A stretch of 63,888 bases of DNA, filler included, from Olpidium bornovanus S191 (Eukaryota; Fungi; Olpidiomycota): NCBI GenBank assembly GCA_017911155.1. It is 28 parts of 28 records of this genome, joined end to end, with 100 filler letters (N's around TTAATTAATTAA, not from the genome) between each part and the next. Parts side by side here need not be neighbours in the genome. Positions count along the whole stretch, not along the records: positions 23,233 to 24,400 come from JAEFCI010010819.1; positions 24,501 to 26,744 come from JAEFCI010010618.1; positions 26,845 to 30,738 come from JAEFCI010002655.1; positions 30,839 to 33,374 come from JAEFCI010004189.1; positions 33,475 to 36,936 come from JAEFCI010003494.1; 23 more parts are not named here. One strand, written 5' to 3'. A program made the translations under genes and the position numbers. The notes below the pieces were generated by a model, which did not search any database, had not been told where the DNA came from, and saw only the letters and a program-made list of their open reading frames with translations. Positions 23,237 to 36,490 of this stretch are shown piece by piece; the first letter of the stretch is position 1; every line of letters starts with the position of its first letter.

Positions 23237-24400
23237 ATGAATTACACGGTGCTGAGGACCAAAGTCGCAGTGCAAATGCTATCCCCTGGGAGCCAAGCGG
23301 ACGCGCCCTCGCCGGCGGCGCCGACTGGCGCGTCCGGCGACGCTGGCGGCCGTTATCCGCGGACGGCGGGAATGCACGACGACCGAAGGTGGAACGTCTC
23401 CTCGGAAACCCTCCCAGTGCGTGAAATGAGTCGGAGAATCACGGCAGACAAGATTGATTTTGTGTTGGAGGGAAGGACGATGCTGCGCCGCAGTGCGTTT
23501 GACGAGTGCTGGCATCCCCGGAAGATTGCGATGGCGCCTCAACATAACCGGAGAAAGCGCCGTCGTCCGAGCTTGATCCGCGCCTTTTTCCGGGACTGGA
23601 AGTCGTTCAACTGGTCAAGCCTCAGCCTCCATTCGGTGCTTCAGCTTGCCTCGCTGCTGGGAGGGAGTCTGACCGCCTCCGTTGTCTGGCACGCGTGGTC
23701 TGCTTATTGCAGACACGCCGCGGCCGACAGTGGATTGGACACGGCGGACCCCAGCCGCCCTATTATCTTCGGCTACCATTCCAGAGGACCTCCCAACGCA
23801 GTATTCTTCATATCGCTCCCTGTGGCAATTGATATCGGCAGCACCGTTTTTCGGTGGACCGTTGTGCGGCTTATATACCAGCCCGTGATCGCCGTCTCTT
23901 CGTCGGCGTCGGGGCCGTCCTCGGGCGGCGGACTCCCGCTTAACGCCACGTGCCTGGCCGCCGGTATCCGCCTGAGGCGCGCTCTGCGAAATGCGCGCGA
24001 GTGGCTCGAGGACTGCTCGTGTTTCACAGCCGAGACTCTCTCCCGGATAGCTGGCACCGTCGGGGCGCACGTCTTGACGTTCATAATCGGCCCCTGCCTG
24101 CAGGCGATGCCGATACTGATGCTCCTGTGGGCGAGTTCGGTTTTCGGCCCTACCGTAATCGACATAGGCGGCGACCCCGCGAAGGTCAAAACGCAAGTCG
24201 CCCAGGTCATCACGTTGGGCATTCTCCTCCCCGTCATGCGCGACGTGTGCGTCCGTCTGCGCGTCCATTGCTGCATCGCCATGGTCACGAAAGGCATATC
24301 TGGGCTGGAATCGCTGGAGGAGACGATGCACACCTCCAACGGCAATTCCAAGCAAACGTGTTCGTCTTTGCGAGTCAACGCAGTCGACGAAGAGGAGGAA
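23237..24400 (+). CDS. Uncharacterised multi-pass membrane protein fragment (open across the whole contig)
   Basis: Uninterrupted ~388-codon frame with about four hydrophobic segments; no family recognised. Confidence 0.55.
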
Positions 24401-24500
24401 NNNNNNNNNNNNNNNNNNNNNNNNNNNNNNNNNNNNNNNNNNNNTTAATTAATTAANNNNNNNNNNNNNNNNNNNNNNNNNNNNNNNNNNNNNNNNNNNN

Positions 24501-24679
<179 letters not shown>

Positions 24680-26636
24680 CTTCTTCTTATTTCATGTCAG
24701 CTCCGCCTGGTCGTTTTTTTTTTTCCGCGTTGCGTTTCGAGCTCGTTCGCGAAATATCGGCTCAATCCAGCCGGGTGAGCAACCACATGAGGCGATTGTG
24801 GAGCCGCCGTTAGGCAGGGTGGCAAAGCCAGGTCACTGTGTGAAGAACGCGCGGAACTTTTCCGGGCCATCTTCCCTCACCTTCGCAGGCGACAAGAACA
24901 AGAAGGGAGGGTGTAAAGCACGGCCTTGAACGGGGCGTGAGGCTCGACGAGGGAGGGGTCGAAAAATGGCAGGAATCAATCATTATTGCCTGTTGCCGAG
25001 CAGTATCTGTTGCCGCTCGGTCAAACACCGGCCGACCGGCGGCTACTCCACGGGACGCGCAATGCTCTACAATGGAATCCTGTGCCGTGCGGCCTACAAT
25101 ATTTCAGGGTTTGGGTGGGATGAAAGCGGTATCGCACGGTTTGCCGGAAGAGGCAAACTTTAGCCGCGCCCCACCGAGGGGGGCCGGGGAGGGAACTTTA
25201 GATGCCATTCTCCCTCATCAGCAGAGAGTGACAGCTCGCCGTACTAAACCGCAACCCGCCCCTGACCCGCGGGAGGCGGCCCGGGCTAACCACTGTGCCC
25301 TGCTGAAACGCCCTGGGAGACCCGAAGGCCGTCGACCGGTGAGGGAGAAACCGGTGAGTTTTCGGGCTTGGGGGCAAAGGCCAAGTCCACGCACCGTAGG
25401 CGCCCTTTGCTCTCGCCGATCGCCCGTTCGAGATCTGGCGGCAAAGGGCGCAGAAAGTTTCCCCGACTCGATGTGGCCGCCGCTTGATCGAGGGATGTCG
25501 CTGGCGGGGATGGGAGGGGTTGAAAAGGAATGATCGGCAGATGCAACGGGCGGCGGCTAAAATTTGCTGACCTGAGTGGTCTGGAGAAGAAGGCCGCCTG
25601 TGCTGGATTTTTGTTTCGGGGCGGTGGGGGTTCAGGTGAAATGGGACGCGTTTTGGGGCGGGGGCGGAGAAGGTGGCGGGGGGGGGCGCGAGCTGCGAGG
25701 GACCCGCGGGGACGGGTCACGTAACCCGCCACCCTTTTCCCGCTTTCCTCAGCGTTGTCCGCCCTGTGTGTACGCGGATAAGCCGTCCCCCCCCCCCCCC
25801 CCCACCCCTCCCCTATAACCGCCGCGCGCCAAATTCGACCGCCGCATGTTTGGCGATGACAGCGGGTCAGATGGATGCGCTTTGCGCTGTCGGAAGCATT
25901 TGAGGAACTTGGCGGGGCAACCACTCTCGTAATTCGTGCGAAACGAATTGTGCCGCGTCGTTGGCTCCAAAGCGCGCAAGCGGGCGTTTTATCCCCTACC
26001 GCGCAGGAAACCAGCAACCAACAGTTCACCCCTCGTCAGCGAATTTGCGGATGCTCTGCCCGGCAGTTGATTTGGCCGCGAAAGGTCTTTCCTCGCAACT
26101 ACGTTCATGCCGGTCACAAGCACCGTGTCCGTGAACGGCAGCACATCCGGTATCGGTGTTCAATCGCGTTAGGAGCATGTTAACATAATGCCAGTATTTA
26201 TAATTGTAAAACGTAACCAATAATCATACATCAGATTGTATTTTGTATATTTGACTGCACTTGAGTTTAGCTTAAGTAACATCAGTGCAGCTTACAAGCA
26301 AATCTTTTGGAATGCTTGACGTCTGCGGCTGGCCAATGCTGGCAGTTGCCGAAGAATACTGCGAATTTGCTTTCTCAAAACTGCTCGAGATGCGGAATTC
26401 GGCCACCTATAGTGCTAGGAGATCGTCCAGGTTTTCAGGGTATCCACGAGCCAATGCTGGAGGAACGCTGCGAGAGACACCGGCAGGCGACGCAGGTCGG
26501 CAGCCTTTGACTATCGGGTGCAGCTCGGGCCCGCCGCGCAGTTCAGTCTGCGCCCTCGTGCAGAAACCGAATCTGTGAGTGCATTAAATAATATTGCGCT
26601 CGCACACGGTGGGGTGGTGCACTCGCACGTGCGGCT

Positions 26637-26744
<108 letters not shown>

Positions 26745-26949
26745 NNNNNNNNNNNNNNNNNNNNNNNNNNNNNNNNNNNNNNNNNNNNTTAATTAATTAA
26801 NNNNNNNNNNNNNNNNNNNNNNNNNNNNNNNNNNNNNNNNNNNNCATGCTCCTCGCTGGGGTGCCCCGCTTTTTCCCGTGAATTTAGCGCCGCCTAAAGC
26901 CCGAAATTCCCCTTGACTCTGTAGGCGGAGGAGATGTGGCTGCGGTAGA

Positions 26950-27638
26950 GTTCAATATCATTGACCGAAAGACGCCGTTCGTAATCGACAGGATGACGTT
27001 CCAGCCGTTAGAAGGTTGCGTGGCAATTCCCATCCTGGCGGGCTGCAGACGTTTTCTGTGGGGTTCAGGAGCTGATGATCTCTCCTGGGGCCAACGCCGC
27101 AGTACAGCACGGGGTCGCAGGAAACGAGCCGTATTGGGCCGTCGGGTTCCGATTCGGTAACGTCAGTTATATCCCCGACGTGTCGCGTATTCCAGAAGAA
27201 ACCCGGCCGTTGCTGCGAGGAACGGACGTTATGATCCTCGACGCACTCAGCGGTAAGTCGAAACCGGCGCATTTTCGAGCGCCGCGCTCGGCTTCCCGCG
27301 GCCTTTACGCCGACTAATGTCTCCCCTCGAACTGATCCCCGCCGTCCTCGGCTGGTAATCGATCGGGCTCTCGCGTTCCAGACAGAAGCCACACCTCTCA
27401 CTTCAGCTTCGCCGAGGCGGTCGACCACCTGCGCCTTTTCCGGCCCAGACTCGGCCTTTTGACCGGTTTCTCGCATTCGCTCGAACACCGGGAGATGGAA
27501 GAGCGGCTGAGGAAGGTGGAAGAGGCCGAGTCGCTGGACGTCCGCCCCGCGTACGACGGGATGCGCGTCGACTTGTCCCGCCCGCAGGCAGTCGCCGTCG
27601 TGAAGGGCGAGCAAGGGGCGGCCGCCTCGTTGCCGTAA
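26950..27638 (+). CDS. PhnP-like MBL-fold metallo-hydrolase, C-terminal exons
   Basis: FQPLE | VQHG..GFRFGNVSYIPDVSRIPEET..DVMILDAL | HTSHFSFAEAV..LLTGFSHSLEH..VRPAYDGMRV; GT..AG introns; stop TAA at 27636-27638. Confidence 0.85.
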
Positions 27639-28509
27639 GCGTCGGATACTTGACGGGCCCACGAGAAAGGCTGCGCAGTTTTGCGGGTTCCTCGACCTGG
27701 GCAACACCCAGGACGCCCCTGCGCGGGTTGGACAGGAACATCACTCTGCGCCGCCAATATTGTCCAAGAAACCGCTCATACGTAGAAGATACTTCTTACC
27801 TTGGGAAGATGTAATTGATGGAACCGGATTTTTTTTATGATTGAACAAAAACCGGGGTTTGAAATTACCCGAACTCCCTGGCAACCCAGGATGCTCGGGT
27901 TCCATCCCTGCGGAATCTTCTATCACCAACCAAATTGTCCTACCCCAACTGATGGCGGGGCCGGTGATCGTAGCCCGTCTCGAGGAACAACGAATAAAAC
28001 GAGTGAGAGCTCCAAAATTCCAAGGGCGGTAAACTTCATTCCCCTAGCAGATTACCCGTCTAAACTCCCTTTCCCCTCCCCCCACGGCCCGCTTTCTTTC
28101 AACGTCCTGTCTGAATCCCGCAGGGAGTAGGGGGAAAACCAAAAAAAAAATGAAAAAGAAAAGAAAAGGAAAACCCGGGCGCGTGCAGGAGGGCCCCGCT
28201 GCGTCCCGGCCAAATCGCGGAAACGCGGGGGGACCCGTGCTGACACGCGCAGAAACCAAAAAAAAAAAAAAAAACACTGCGGCTAAGAACGGGAGGACAA
28301 CCGACGAAGGGAACGGGAATGCTCGAGCAAGTCCGGCCGATCCTGCGGTCGGGCCCCATCAAGCGGCGGACTTCCCTACCCCGCCCACATCCCCCCGATT
28401 ATTCCCCCTCCTTTGCTGTTTCGTCAGACGGGAGAGCCGTCCCTAAAAAAAGACAAATAGGAAAAAAAGAAAAAAAAACAACCAAAACAGTTTCCGCCGT
28501 TCGTCTGGT

Positions 28510-30599
28510 TCACCTCCGCACCGCGGCGAAGTCCTCCCCGTGTTTGATGTACTCGACCATCCAGCCGGCGATCTTGGCGACCGCGGCGTCGGCCGCAAGG
28601 GCGACTTCCCTGCGGGCCGCCTCGGCGAGAGGCAGCGCTTCTTCGAAAAACCAGGCGTCGAATGCCCGGACAGCCGCCAGCGTGGCGGCGGCGGCGGCAA
28701 AGCCCGCCGAAACGATCAGCGAGACCGCCGACGCCAACGCCGCGGAGGCGGAGGCGGAGGCGGCGGCGGCGGCAGGTCCCGCGGCGTCGACGACGGCACG
28801 CGCGGCCGAGGCTGCCGAGGCAGCCAGGGCGGGAGCTGCGACGTCCGCGACGAACCGGCCGGCGGTCCGGGCCGCGGCCAGGAGGAAACCCGACGCGGCG
28901 GTGCAGCACTCCGCGGCGGAAGCGGCGGCGTCGGAAAGCGTGGCGGCGACCGGCCTCGCGGCCGACCGGACGAAGCGGCTTATTTTCCGGAGAACCGGCG
29001 GACACTTCGCCAGTGCCGGCCACGCGATCCGCAGCGCGGCCGTCTCGACGGCGTGGTAGAAACGGAAGGATACTCTGACGGCGACCTTATGGAGTCCCGG
29101 GAGACGTTTCACCGTCGGCAACGCAAGGTTGGCCCACGTCCAGACCGACAGCGCGCCGGCGGCCCGTCCGGCCGTCATAATGCCTCGCAGCACCGCCTCG
29201 CCCCCTGCCAGCGCCTTGGAGGCAAGGAGGATCAGAAGCGGCGAAAGCACGCGACCGGATGTCCGGCGCGCGACCGTCCCGAGACGCCGCAGCACGACCG
29301 ACGACGACACCGTGCAGGCCGACGCCCACTCGGCCAAGGTGACCGCAACCATGAAGCCGGCGACGTAAAGGGCGAAAGCCAGGAAAACCAGCGTCGGCGC
29401 CGCGAAGTTCCACGTGGGAAGCCAGACCGATTCGGCGAGAAGCGCAAAGGTGTCCTTGGCAAACGCGGCGCCCAGGCAGAGCGCCCGGAAGGATTCCTCG
29501 GCGGCTGGTTCCAGCAACCGGGAGCGGACTACCCTTACGCAGCCGGCAAGCGCGTGGCACAGGTCGGTGGCGTCACGGTAGAGACCCCTTCCCAAGACGA
29601 CGGCGCACTGTCGGGCAAGAATTAGCAGCACCGCAGCCTGGGCGGCAGTCCACCTTGCCGGGTTGATAATAGCGGAAGCCGCAACCTTGGCCGTGGCCGT
29701 CAGCGGGCCAACAGATGCTGCCGCAGCGGCCACCGTTCGAGCCGCCACCTTGTGCGCCGCTTCTGCCAGAACAGCCGCAACGCGCGCGGCGCGTGCCGCC
29801 AGGCGGGCGCCGGCGTCCGCCAAGAACGGAGCCAGCACGTCCGACCACCAGCGGAACAGTCGCTCGGCAGGGCTGACGAGATAAGCCGTTAACAGCGGGA
29901 AGCAGAGGCGCGCGAGCGCGGCGACCGCCGCGGGGCACGCTTCGAAAGCGCTTCGCGCCAAGCTGCCCGCCAAGCAGACCAGGTCCAAGAACGTGTAGGT
30001 GAGCAGGCGGTGAACCGACCAGACCACGCGCACGGCGAGGTACGCCGCGGCAAGCGGCAGCACGGGCAGGCGAGCCAGCAGCCGGCCCGGCACGCGCCCC
30101 ACCGGCACGGCACGCAGCTGCCGGCCCGCAAACCCCGCGCTGTCACGACGCCCTTCGTCGTCCGCCTCCGCCCCGGCCGGCGGCGGCGGCGGCGGCGGCG
30201 GTCCGACGCCCGCGACGGCCGCCGGCGGGCGCTCTCTTCTTTTCCGAGCGCCGGCGCCGTCCTCTCGCCGTCGTTCCGCGCCGACCGCAACGCTTCTCCG
30301 TCGCGCCCTCTCCCTCTCCCGAGCCTTCCAGTCCCTGGTGTAGTCCTTCGCGGCGAACAAGGACATCGCGAGCGCCAGCGCCGCGGGCGGCCACCACCGC
30401 GGAAGGGCGAGCAGCAGCCCGCGAGCGGCAGCTCCGGCGTCCAACTCGTGGCAGAGCAGCGCGGCGGCCGCCAGGCCCGCCCCCAACGCCGCCGTCCCCG
30501 CGGCGGTCGGCGTCCTTCTCGGGCGGCGGGCCGAGGCGGGCGCGCGCGCCTTGGTGGCAGCGGCGGCGGCTGGGGAAGGAGGAGGCGGCGGCGGCGGCA
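28510..30599 (-). CDS. Long Ala/Val/Leu-rich hypothetical protein with hydrophobic and amphipathic helices; 5' end uncertain
   Basis: 658-aa ORF that stays open upstream; protein-like hydrophobic segments (LAAAYLAVRVVWSVHRLLTYTF, FAAPTLVFLAFALYVAGFMVAV). No family recognised. Confidence 0.6.
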
Positions 30600-30676
30600 G
30601 CTGGTCGGGGGCGGCAGGCCGGCACAGGTGGGGGGCGGCGCGGCGGGGGCGCGGCCCCCCCGCCGGGGGGGGCGGC

Positions 30677-30726
<50 letters not shown>

Positions 30727-30838
30727 GGCGGGGGGGGGNNNNNNNNNNNNNNNNNNNNNNNNNNNNNNNNNNNNNNNNNNNNTTAATTAATTAANNNNNN
30801 NNNNNNNNNNNNNNNNNNNNNNNNNNNNNNNNNNNNNN

Positions 30839-32180
30839 CAGCGTCCTACCACACCTCGACAGCTGTAGGCCAATCCGGAGTCCATTAGGCTTAGACTTGG
30901 ATGGTGTTGCGCTCGCTCAGAAGGACAGGACAATCTAGAACAAAACAGAGCAACCATGATTCACGCTGGACTTCCCGTCAAAGTGTGGGATAAGATGTAA
31001 AAGGGACCAGTCTGCACCTACAATCGATCACCTCACGCTTACCCGGATGGGGACATACACCACCTCGTTTTTCACAAGGAAAAAAACCCTCAACCTCGGC
31101 CACTTGCGGATATTCGGAAGTGCCGCTTATTCTCTCTTCACCAAGGAACAACGAGTTGGAAAACTCGCGCCAACCACAGAAAAACTTGTCCTGGTAGGGT
31201 ACTTATCTCGAGCAAAGCCTATTGGCCCTGGAACCCGGCAACGGACAGAGTAGTCGACCGTTTTACGTCACGATTGATGAGACAAATCTTTATACCAGGG
31301 ACAAGCCACCGAAAACGCGCAGGACGTTGGAGTCAGAGACGATGCGTAACAAAACCATAAACAGGATACTCACATATGAGCATGCCAAGAGAAAAACGCC
31401 CAAGTAGAACACCAAATGGTTGGACGGAACATCCTGGGTCGGGATTATACTGAAATTGGGACATGGTTTGCACATTTCTGTGAGGGACAAGGACTGCTGA
31501 AGGCTGATGTCAACGACGACACCGCCGCCGGTATGTACTTATGAAGAGAATGCGGTCTACGAATTGGAACAGGCGTTCGCGATGACGGGACAGTATGATC
31601 ACGAACCCCTTCTCTTACCAAGAAGCAATGACCAGTAAGTAAGGTCCACAACGGCGCAAATCCATGCGGAAAGAGACGAAGTTTTTGTTCCCAGACCCAG
31701 CGGCAGAGAAATTCGACAGGACGGCGGGTATTCAAGCGCAAGCTGAGCCCGGATAGATCAATCAACAAGAATGAGCCAGATTCGTCGCCAGGAGTTTCTC
31801 TCAGATCAAGGGCATCGACTGCACCGCGACCTTTTCACCCGTAATATCCGCAACCGCCGTCCGGACCATCATTTCGCCACAAAACTTTTATGGGCAGTGT
31901 GAACAGCGAGACAGCGACCCTTTGCCTACTTAAACACAGCGGGCTCGAGGAAGAATTGTTATTTGAGCAACCGGAGGGCTTTCGGCGTAGAAATAGCGAA
32001 AAAAAGTTCTGCAAACGACGCCGTTCGTTATGCGGATTCAAACAAAGCTGCCGCGCACGGAATCCACGATTACGTGCCAAGCTAGTCCGGCGAGGGTCGA
32101 CTCGGCTCCCAAACGAGCCATGCGTCTTCGAGCTCCCGAGCTCGCGAAAGGACGTGGGCATCGTCGGTACGTGGGCCTCG
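30839..32180 (+). mobile_element. Heavily degenerate Ty1/copia integrase-RT fragment
   Basis: Across frameshifts: MIHAGLPVKVW..YNRSP; LGHLRIFGSAAY..KLAP..KLVLVGY; VFKRK..ARFVARSFSQIKGIDCTATFSPV; EEELLFEQPEGF..CKRRRSLCGFKQSCRARN..NEPCVF. Confidence 0.85.
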
Positions 32181-32585
32181 GCGCGTTCGCTTTTTGCGAA
32201 AACAGGCCCCTGAACCCGGAATGACCCTGGTCCCCGACTGACCCTTTGCTCCCTTCACCCTCGCCCTCGCCCTCGCCCCCTTCTTCCCCTCCCCCGTCAC
32301 CCTCCCTCGTCACCCTCCCCCGTCACCCTCCCCCGTCACCCTCACCCCCTTCAACACCCCCCTCCCTTCCCCCTTCTCCGGAGCGCCACAGCAGAAACGA
32401 AAAAAAAGGAAAATCCGAAAGCGGCCCCGCTCGTTTGCCGCGCCCGAATCCAACAGGCCCGGTCTGCCTCCAGACCAGGCAAACCAGGCTGGAAACCAGT
32501 GGCCGCAGCTGCGCGCCGAAACACCCCCGCGGGCTGAACCCGAACCGGACGTCCACCCGAAGTCCCGCGCGCCTCTGCGCCTACC

Positions 32586-33374
32586 ATGGTAGGTCTGCGT
32601 TCGCCGGTCGCCTGTTCTCCTGCCGCCCGACGGACCCGTGGCCTAAACGGGACGGTCGACGTCGCAGGGCCACGGGAGGGTCGGCAGCCGGCTCCCCGAT
32701 TCCTTTGCCGCATCGCTACCTTCTCTCTGACCCCGTACTCGCTTTGGCGGCCCCGGCTGCATTTCTCTGTTCGTCCGGCTTCAACGGTTAAAAGCCGCAG
32801 AACGAGTACATCGAGGAGGCCATCAAGCGCCACGGGCGCAGGCTAAATCATGAAGAGAAGAAGCGGAAGAGTAGGTGTTTTTTTCCCTCCTTTGCCCCCT
32901 CTTGCCAGGTGTCGTTATTTGTTATTTTGCAGGTGCGCGAGGAGCGACGTAGTTCCTGGAATTGTTCTCGTTGTCGACGCTCTCTACAATCCCTTCTGCC
33001 TATTCCGCAGAGGAGGCCCGCGAGGTCCACAAGCGTTCGGCCTTCGCGCAGAAGATCCACGGCGTGAAGGCCAAGCGTTACAACAAGCAGCGGCACAACG
33101 AGAAAATACAAATGAAGAAGACGTGCGTTCCATTTCTCAATGCCCGTTTTATTTGTCGTTTCGCCGGCTCGTTCGTCGACGGCTTTTTCGTCGCGAGTCC
33201 CATTTTTACGTGCTGGCGACGTCGAAAACGCGTCTTGATTGGCTTGCAGCATCAAGATGCACGAGGAGAAAGGTGCGAAGCAGAAGGACGCTGACGCCGT
33301 GCCCAAGGGCGCCGTTCCGGCGTACCTGCTCGACCGTGAGGGCCAGCAGTCCGCCAAGGTGCTCTCGAACATGG
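32586..33374 (+). CDS. NSA2: Ribosome biogenesis protein Nsa2, 3' truncated; join(32586..32588,32795..32870,33011..33122,33250..>33374)
   Basis: M|[25 protein letters not shown]|[23 protein letters not shown]|[20 protein letters not shown]. The first exon is the bare ATG followed by GTAGGT. Confidence 0.95.
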
Positions 33375-33474
33375 NNNNNNNNNNNNNNNNNNNNNNNNNN
33401 NNNNNNNNNNNNNNNNNNTTAATTAATTAANNNNNNNNNNNNNNNNNNNNNNNNNNNNNNNNNNNNNNNNNNNN

Positions 33475-34930
33475 CATGGTTGTCTTCCCGTATGGTGATG
33501 GCCCCTGCGTCCCTCACTCCCAACTCCCTCAACAGGCGGCGAAGCCACACCACCTCTTTCGCCGCTTCAGCCAAGTCGTACTGTGGTAGTATCTATATTA
33601 TTAGTAAGTATTGATATATATGTAGATAAGCCTAGACAGGTATAATGCATATATTAGATACCGGAGGAACGAGCCGTCCTGATTTTTGGGAAACACACCA
33701 AAAAAAAGTCACCGAGATTTTATACTATTATGCATATATATCTAATTACACTATTATGCATATTACTATTGGTATATTTATGATTCTGTACTCCGCCTCG
33801 GTGGTAGATGTCGCCATGATTTCCTGGCGGCGACTCCTCCAGGTCACTGCTCCTCCGGCCATGGTAAAAACGTCCGCTGGTGGAACGCCTCGTTCCCAGA
33901 CATTCGGCATAGTCCGCGTCGCAAAAACCCTGCGGCCAGAGTGCGTTCGTGCCGGCGTCACTGTCGCGCTTCCTGTAGGTCAAGCACGTGTCCGCCGTTC
34001 TCGTCAGGTAGCGTAGCACTCGGAGTGCCGCTGTCCAGTCGAGAGCATGAGGTGCTGATTGCCGTCGCCCCAGATAACCCACCACAAATTCCACTTCCGG
34101 CCGAGTGCACATGGCGACAAACAAGAAGGCGCCAATGAGTTCGCGGTACCGCGTGACATCGGTAAGCCGCTCACTTCGGTAGTGTGGCTTCTCTGTGACT
34201 CCGCCTGGTGTGCTGGCACGGCCTCCGACAAGCCGTAGCGCGCCGCGAGGGCCTGGATGTATGCCGTCTGGTCCTGCGCGATTTCTCCCGCCGTTCGGTT
34301 CTGGGTGACGAGTAGGCCCACCACGGACGCCAGTTCGCCGGGTTCTATAATTCCAAACTCTTCCTTCAGACCGGCCTTCACTCGCTGAATGGTTTCCACA
34401 GAGGGAGCGAAGGTCACCAAATCGTCCACCCACGAAAGAATCCAGGTGACCGTGTCCCTTCCGCTTCCGTCCTTCTCACGCCGCGCATACGCCCCGTGGT
34501 CCGCCTGTAAACGATCAAATCCCAGCCGCCTAAGCACATTGTCCCTTCGCGTAACCCAAGCTCTACCGGCTTGTTTCAACCCGTACAAGAGGTCGACGGA
34601 GACGTAGTCCAGCCCCCTCAAGTACGCCCGTAAGCGTGACTCCTTCAGGGATCTCAATGTAGATTTCCTCGTGCAGGTCTCCGTTCAGGTATGCCGAATT
34701 CACGTTAACTGCCTCCATCTCCAAGTCGTTCTCCGCGGTCAACGCCAGTCCCACGCGTAGTGTGCCTAGGCGTATAACGGGTGCAAAGGTTTCCTGGAAG
34801 TCGACTCCCGGCACTTGGGGGTACCCTTTTGCGACCAACCTTGCCTTCCGTTTTTTGATGGTTCCGTCTGCATTCTGCTGGGTCTTCCGGCTGCGTCCGG
34901 ACGTCCTACCAGCGTAACCTTTTGACAAGG
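33475..34930 (-). mobile_element. Degenerate Ty1/copia RT-RNase H
   Basis: KARLVAKGYPQVPGVDFQETFAPV, SAYLNGDLHEEIY, LYGLKQAGRAW, WVDD, YRELIG..TRPE, GFCDADYA..RRSTSG, WRSRRQ..ATSTTEAEY, LAEAAKEVVWLRRLL; several frameshifts. Confidence 0.95.
33583..33787. mobile_element. AT-rich 205-bp insertion splitting the copia RNase H, flanked by a GTACT direct repeat
   Basis: GTACT at 33578-33582 and 33788-33792; removing the insert and one repeat rejoins TTEAEY to DLAEAAKE. No terminal inverted repeat seen. Confidence 0.6.
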
Positions 34931-36089
34931 ACATACTGACACTGTACTTAAATTATGATGCGCAACCATTCACTTGGGTAGGCTCGCCTCCGGCTCGAAA
35001 GCGGCGGCGTTCAGGCCAACCGAAAAGGTCCAAACTCTGCCGCAAAGTCTACACTCCGGCGGACTCCGCTCCCTCTGAGACAACACCAGGGGTTGCCCTA
35101 AGTTTTACTTGCGGGCGCTCTGACGACGGATGGCGCTGGTCAACCTGTGCTAATGCACCGCGACAACAGGAGAAATGCGTGCCAGTGGTCGCCAAAAAGA
35201 AGAGGTACGCCGGAGACAGCCAAATAAAAAAAGAGGAGGGGGTGGAGTGAAGATGATGAATGCGGGCTTAATTTGCAAAGTAATTACACATGAAAGACCA
35301 ATACGCAAATAAAATGAAAAGTTTATGAGCGCAATGACTAACCGTCTTTGCTGCACTTCAGCAGCGCAACAAGCGTACGGTGACATCGCTGAGCACGCTT
35401 CCCTACTGCCCCCCATTGCCCCCCTGGAGGGCAGAGGGATTTTCAGGGCAGCTGATGTGCGACATGCGGCAACGCACGGACGTGCAAAAACCACACCCAC
35501 CGGCATGGTCGCGCATCCCACTGCTCCAACACCAGGGCCCATATCGACGTGTGACACGCATCACAGACAGAAACAGCCTTTGCCGCGTTTTCCACACCTT
35601 TGCTGCTGAGCTTTCCGCTCACCTTTGACGTGCCTTTGCTTCCCGCTGCTCCTCACCGAATGCGCCAGGCAGCAACGCTTCCCGCAGCAGCCCTCACCAA
35701 TATTGCGGTTTTTCCGCTTCTTCTTGCTGCCATGCAACATGCAACAACCCCACTGACATTGTCACGCTTCCCCTCGTCTTTTCCACTATCGTTTGCTCGC
35801 TGCTGCTCCTGCCGCCGTGCAATATGCAGCACAGCCGGTCTTTGTTGTGCATTCCTTTAAATTCCCCACCACCACTGCTCGCCAATCTTCCTATTCCGAG
35901 ATTGCCTCTCCTGCTGATTTGCATGCCGATCCTTTTGCCCCTGGCTGTTCTTGTCACACATATTTCGTACATAGACCGGCGCAACGCATGCTGAAAGAAA
36001 GAACTGCGCCGAACCTCGCGACATGATGTGGGCCCGCCTCCTCGGACCACCTACGTCCTACGCGCGACGGTCCTCGCGGCCCGTTCCCA

Positions 36090-36490
36090 GCCCTCATCCT
36101 GCGGCTCGCGCAGTCACCTTCGGCCATCCTCGCGCCGCCACCTACGGCCATCCTCGCCGTCACCTTGGGTTCGGCACATCACCTACGGTTTGCGAGCCAT
36201 GAAATGCGGTTTGCGCCGTCTCAAACGGCCGCCGCTGTCCTTCTACGGTTCGCGACGTCATCGACTTCACGTCATCACCGGGTTCGCACGGTCGACTACG
36301 GTCTTCGCTATCACCGAATTCGCACCGTCGACTACGGTTTTCGCTCCGTCACATTCGGTTCGCGCCATCACCTGCGACTCGAGCCGTCGACTTCGGACAT
36401 ATTCTCGCCGTCACCTACAGCCATCATCCAACCGTCACCAGCGGTCCTTACGGCCCATCACCAACGCTCACCTACGGTTCGCGCCGTCAG
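36090..36490. repeat. Highly degenerate ~19-22-bp minisatellite (tcacctacggttcgcgccg-like and cacctacggccatcctcgccgt-like units)
   Basis: Recurrent cacctacgg / ggttcgcgccgtca / gtcgactacggt motifs. Confidence 0.6.
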
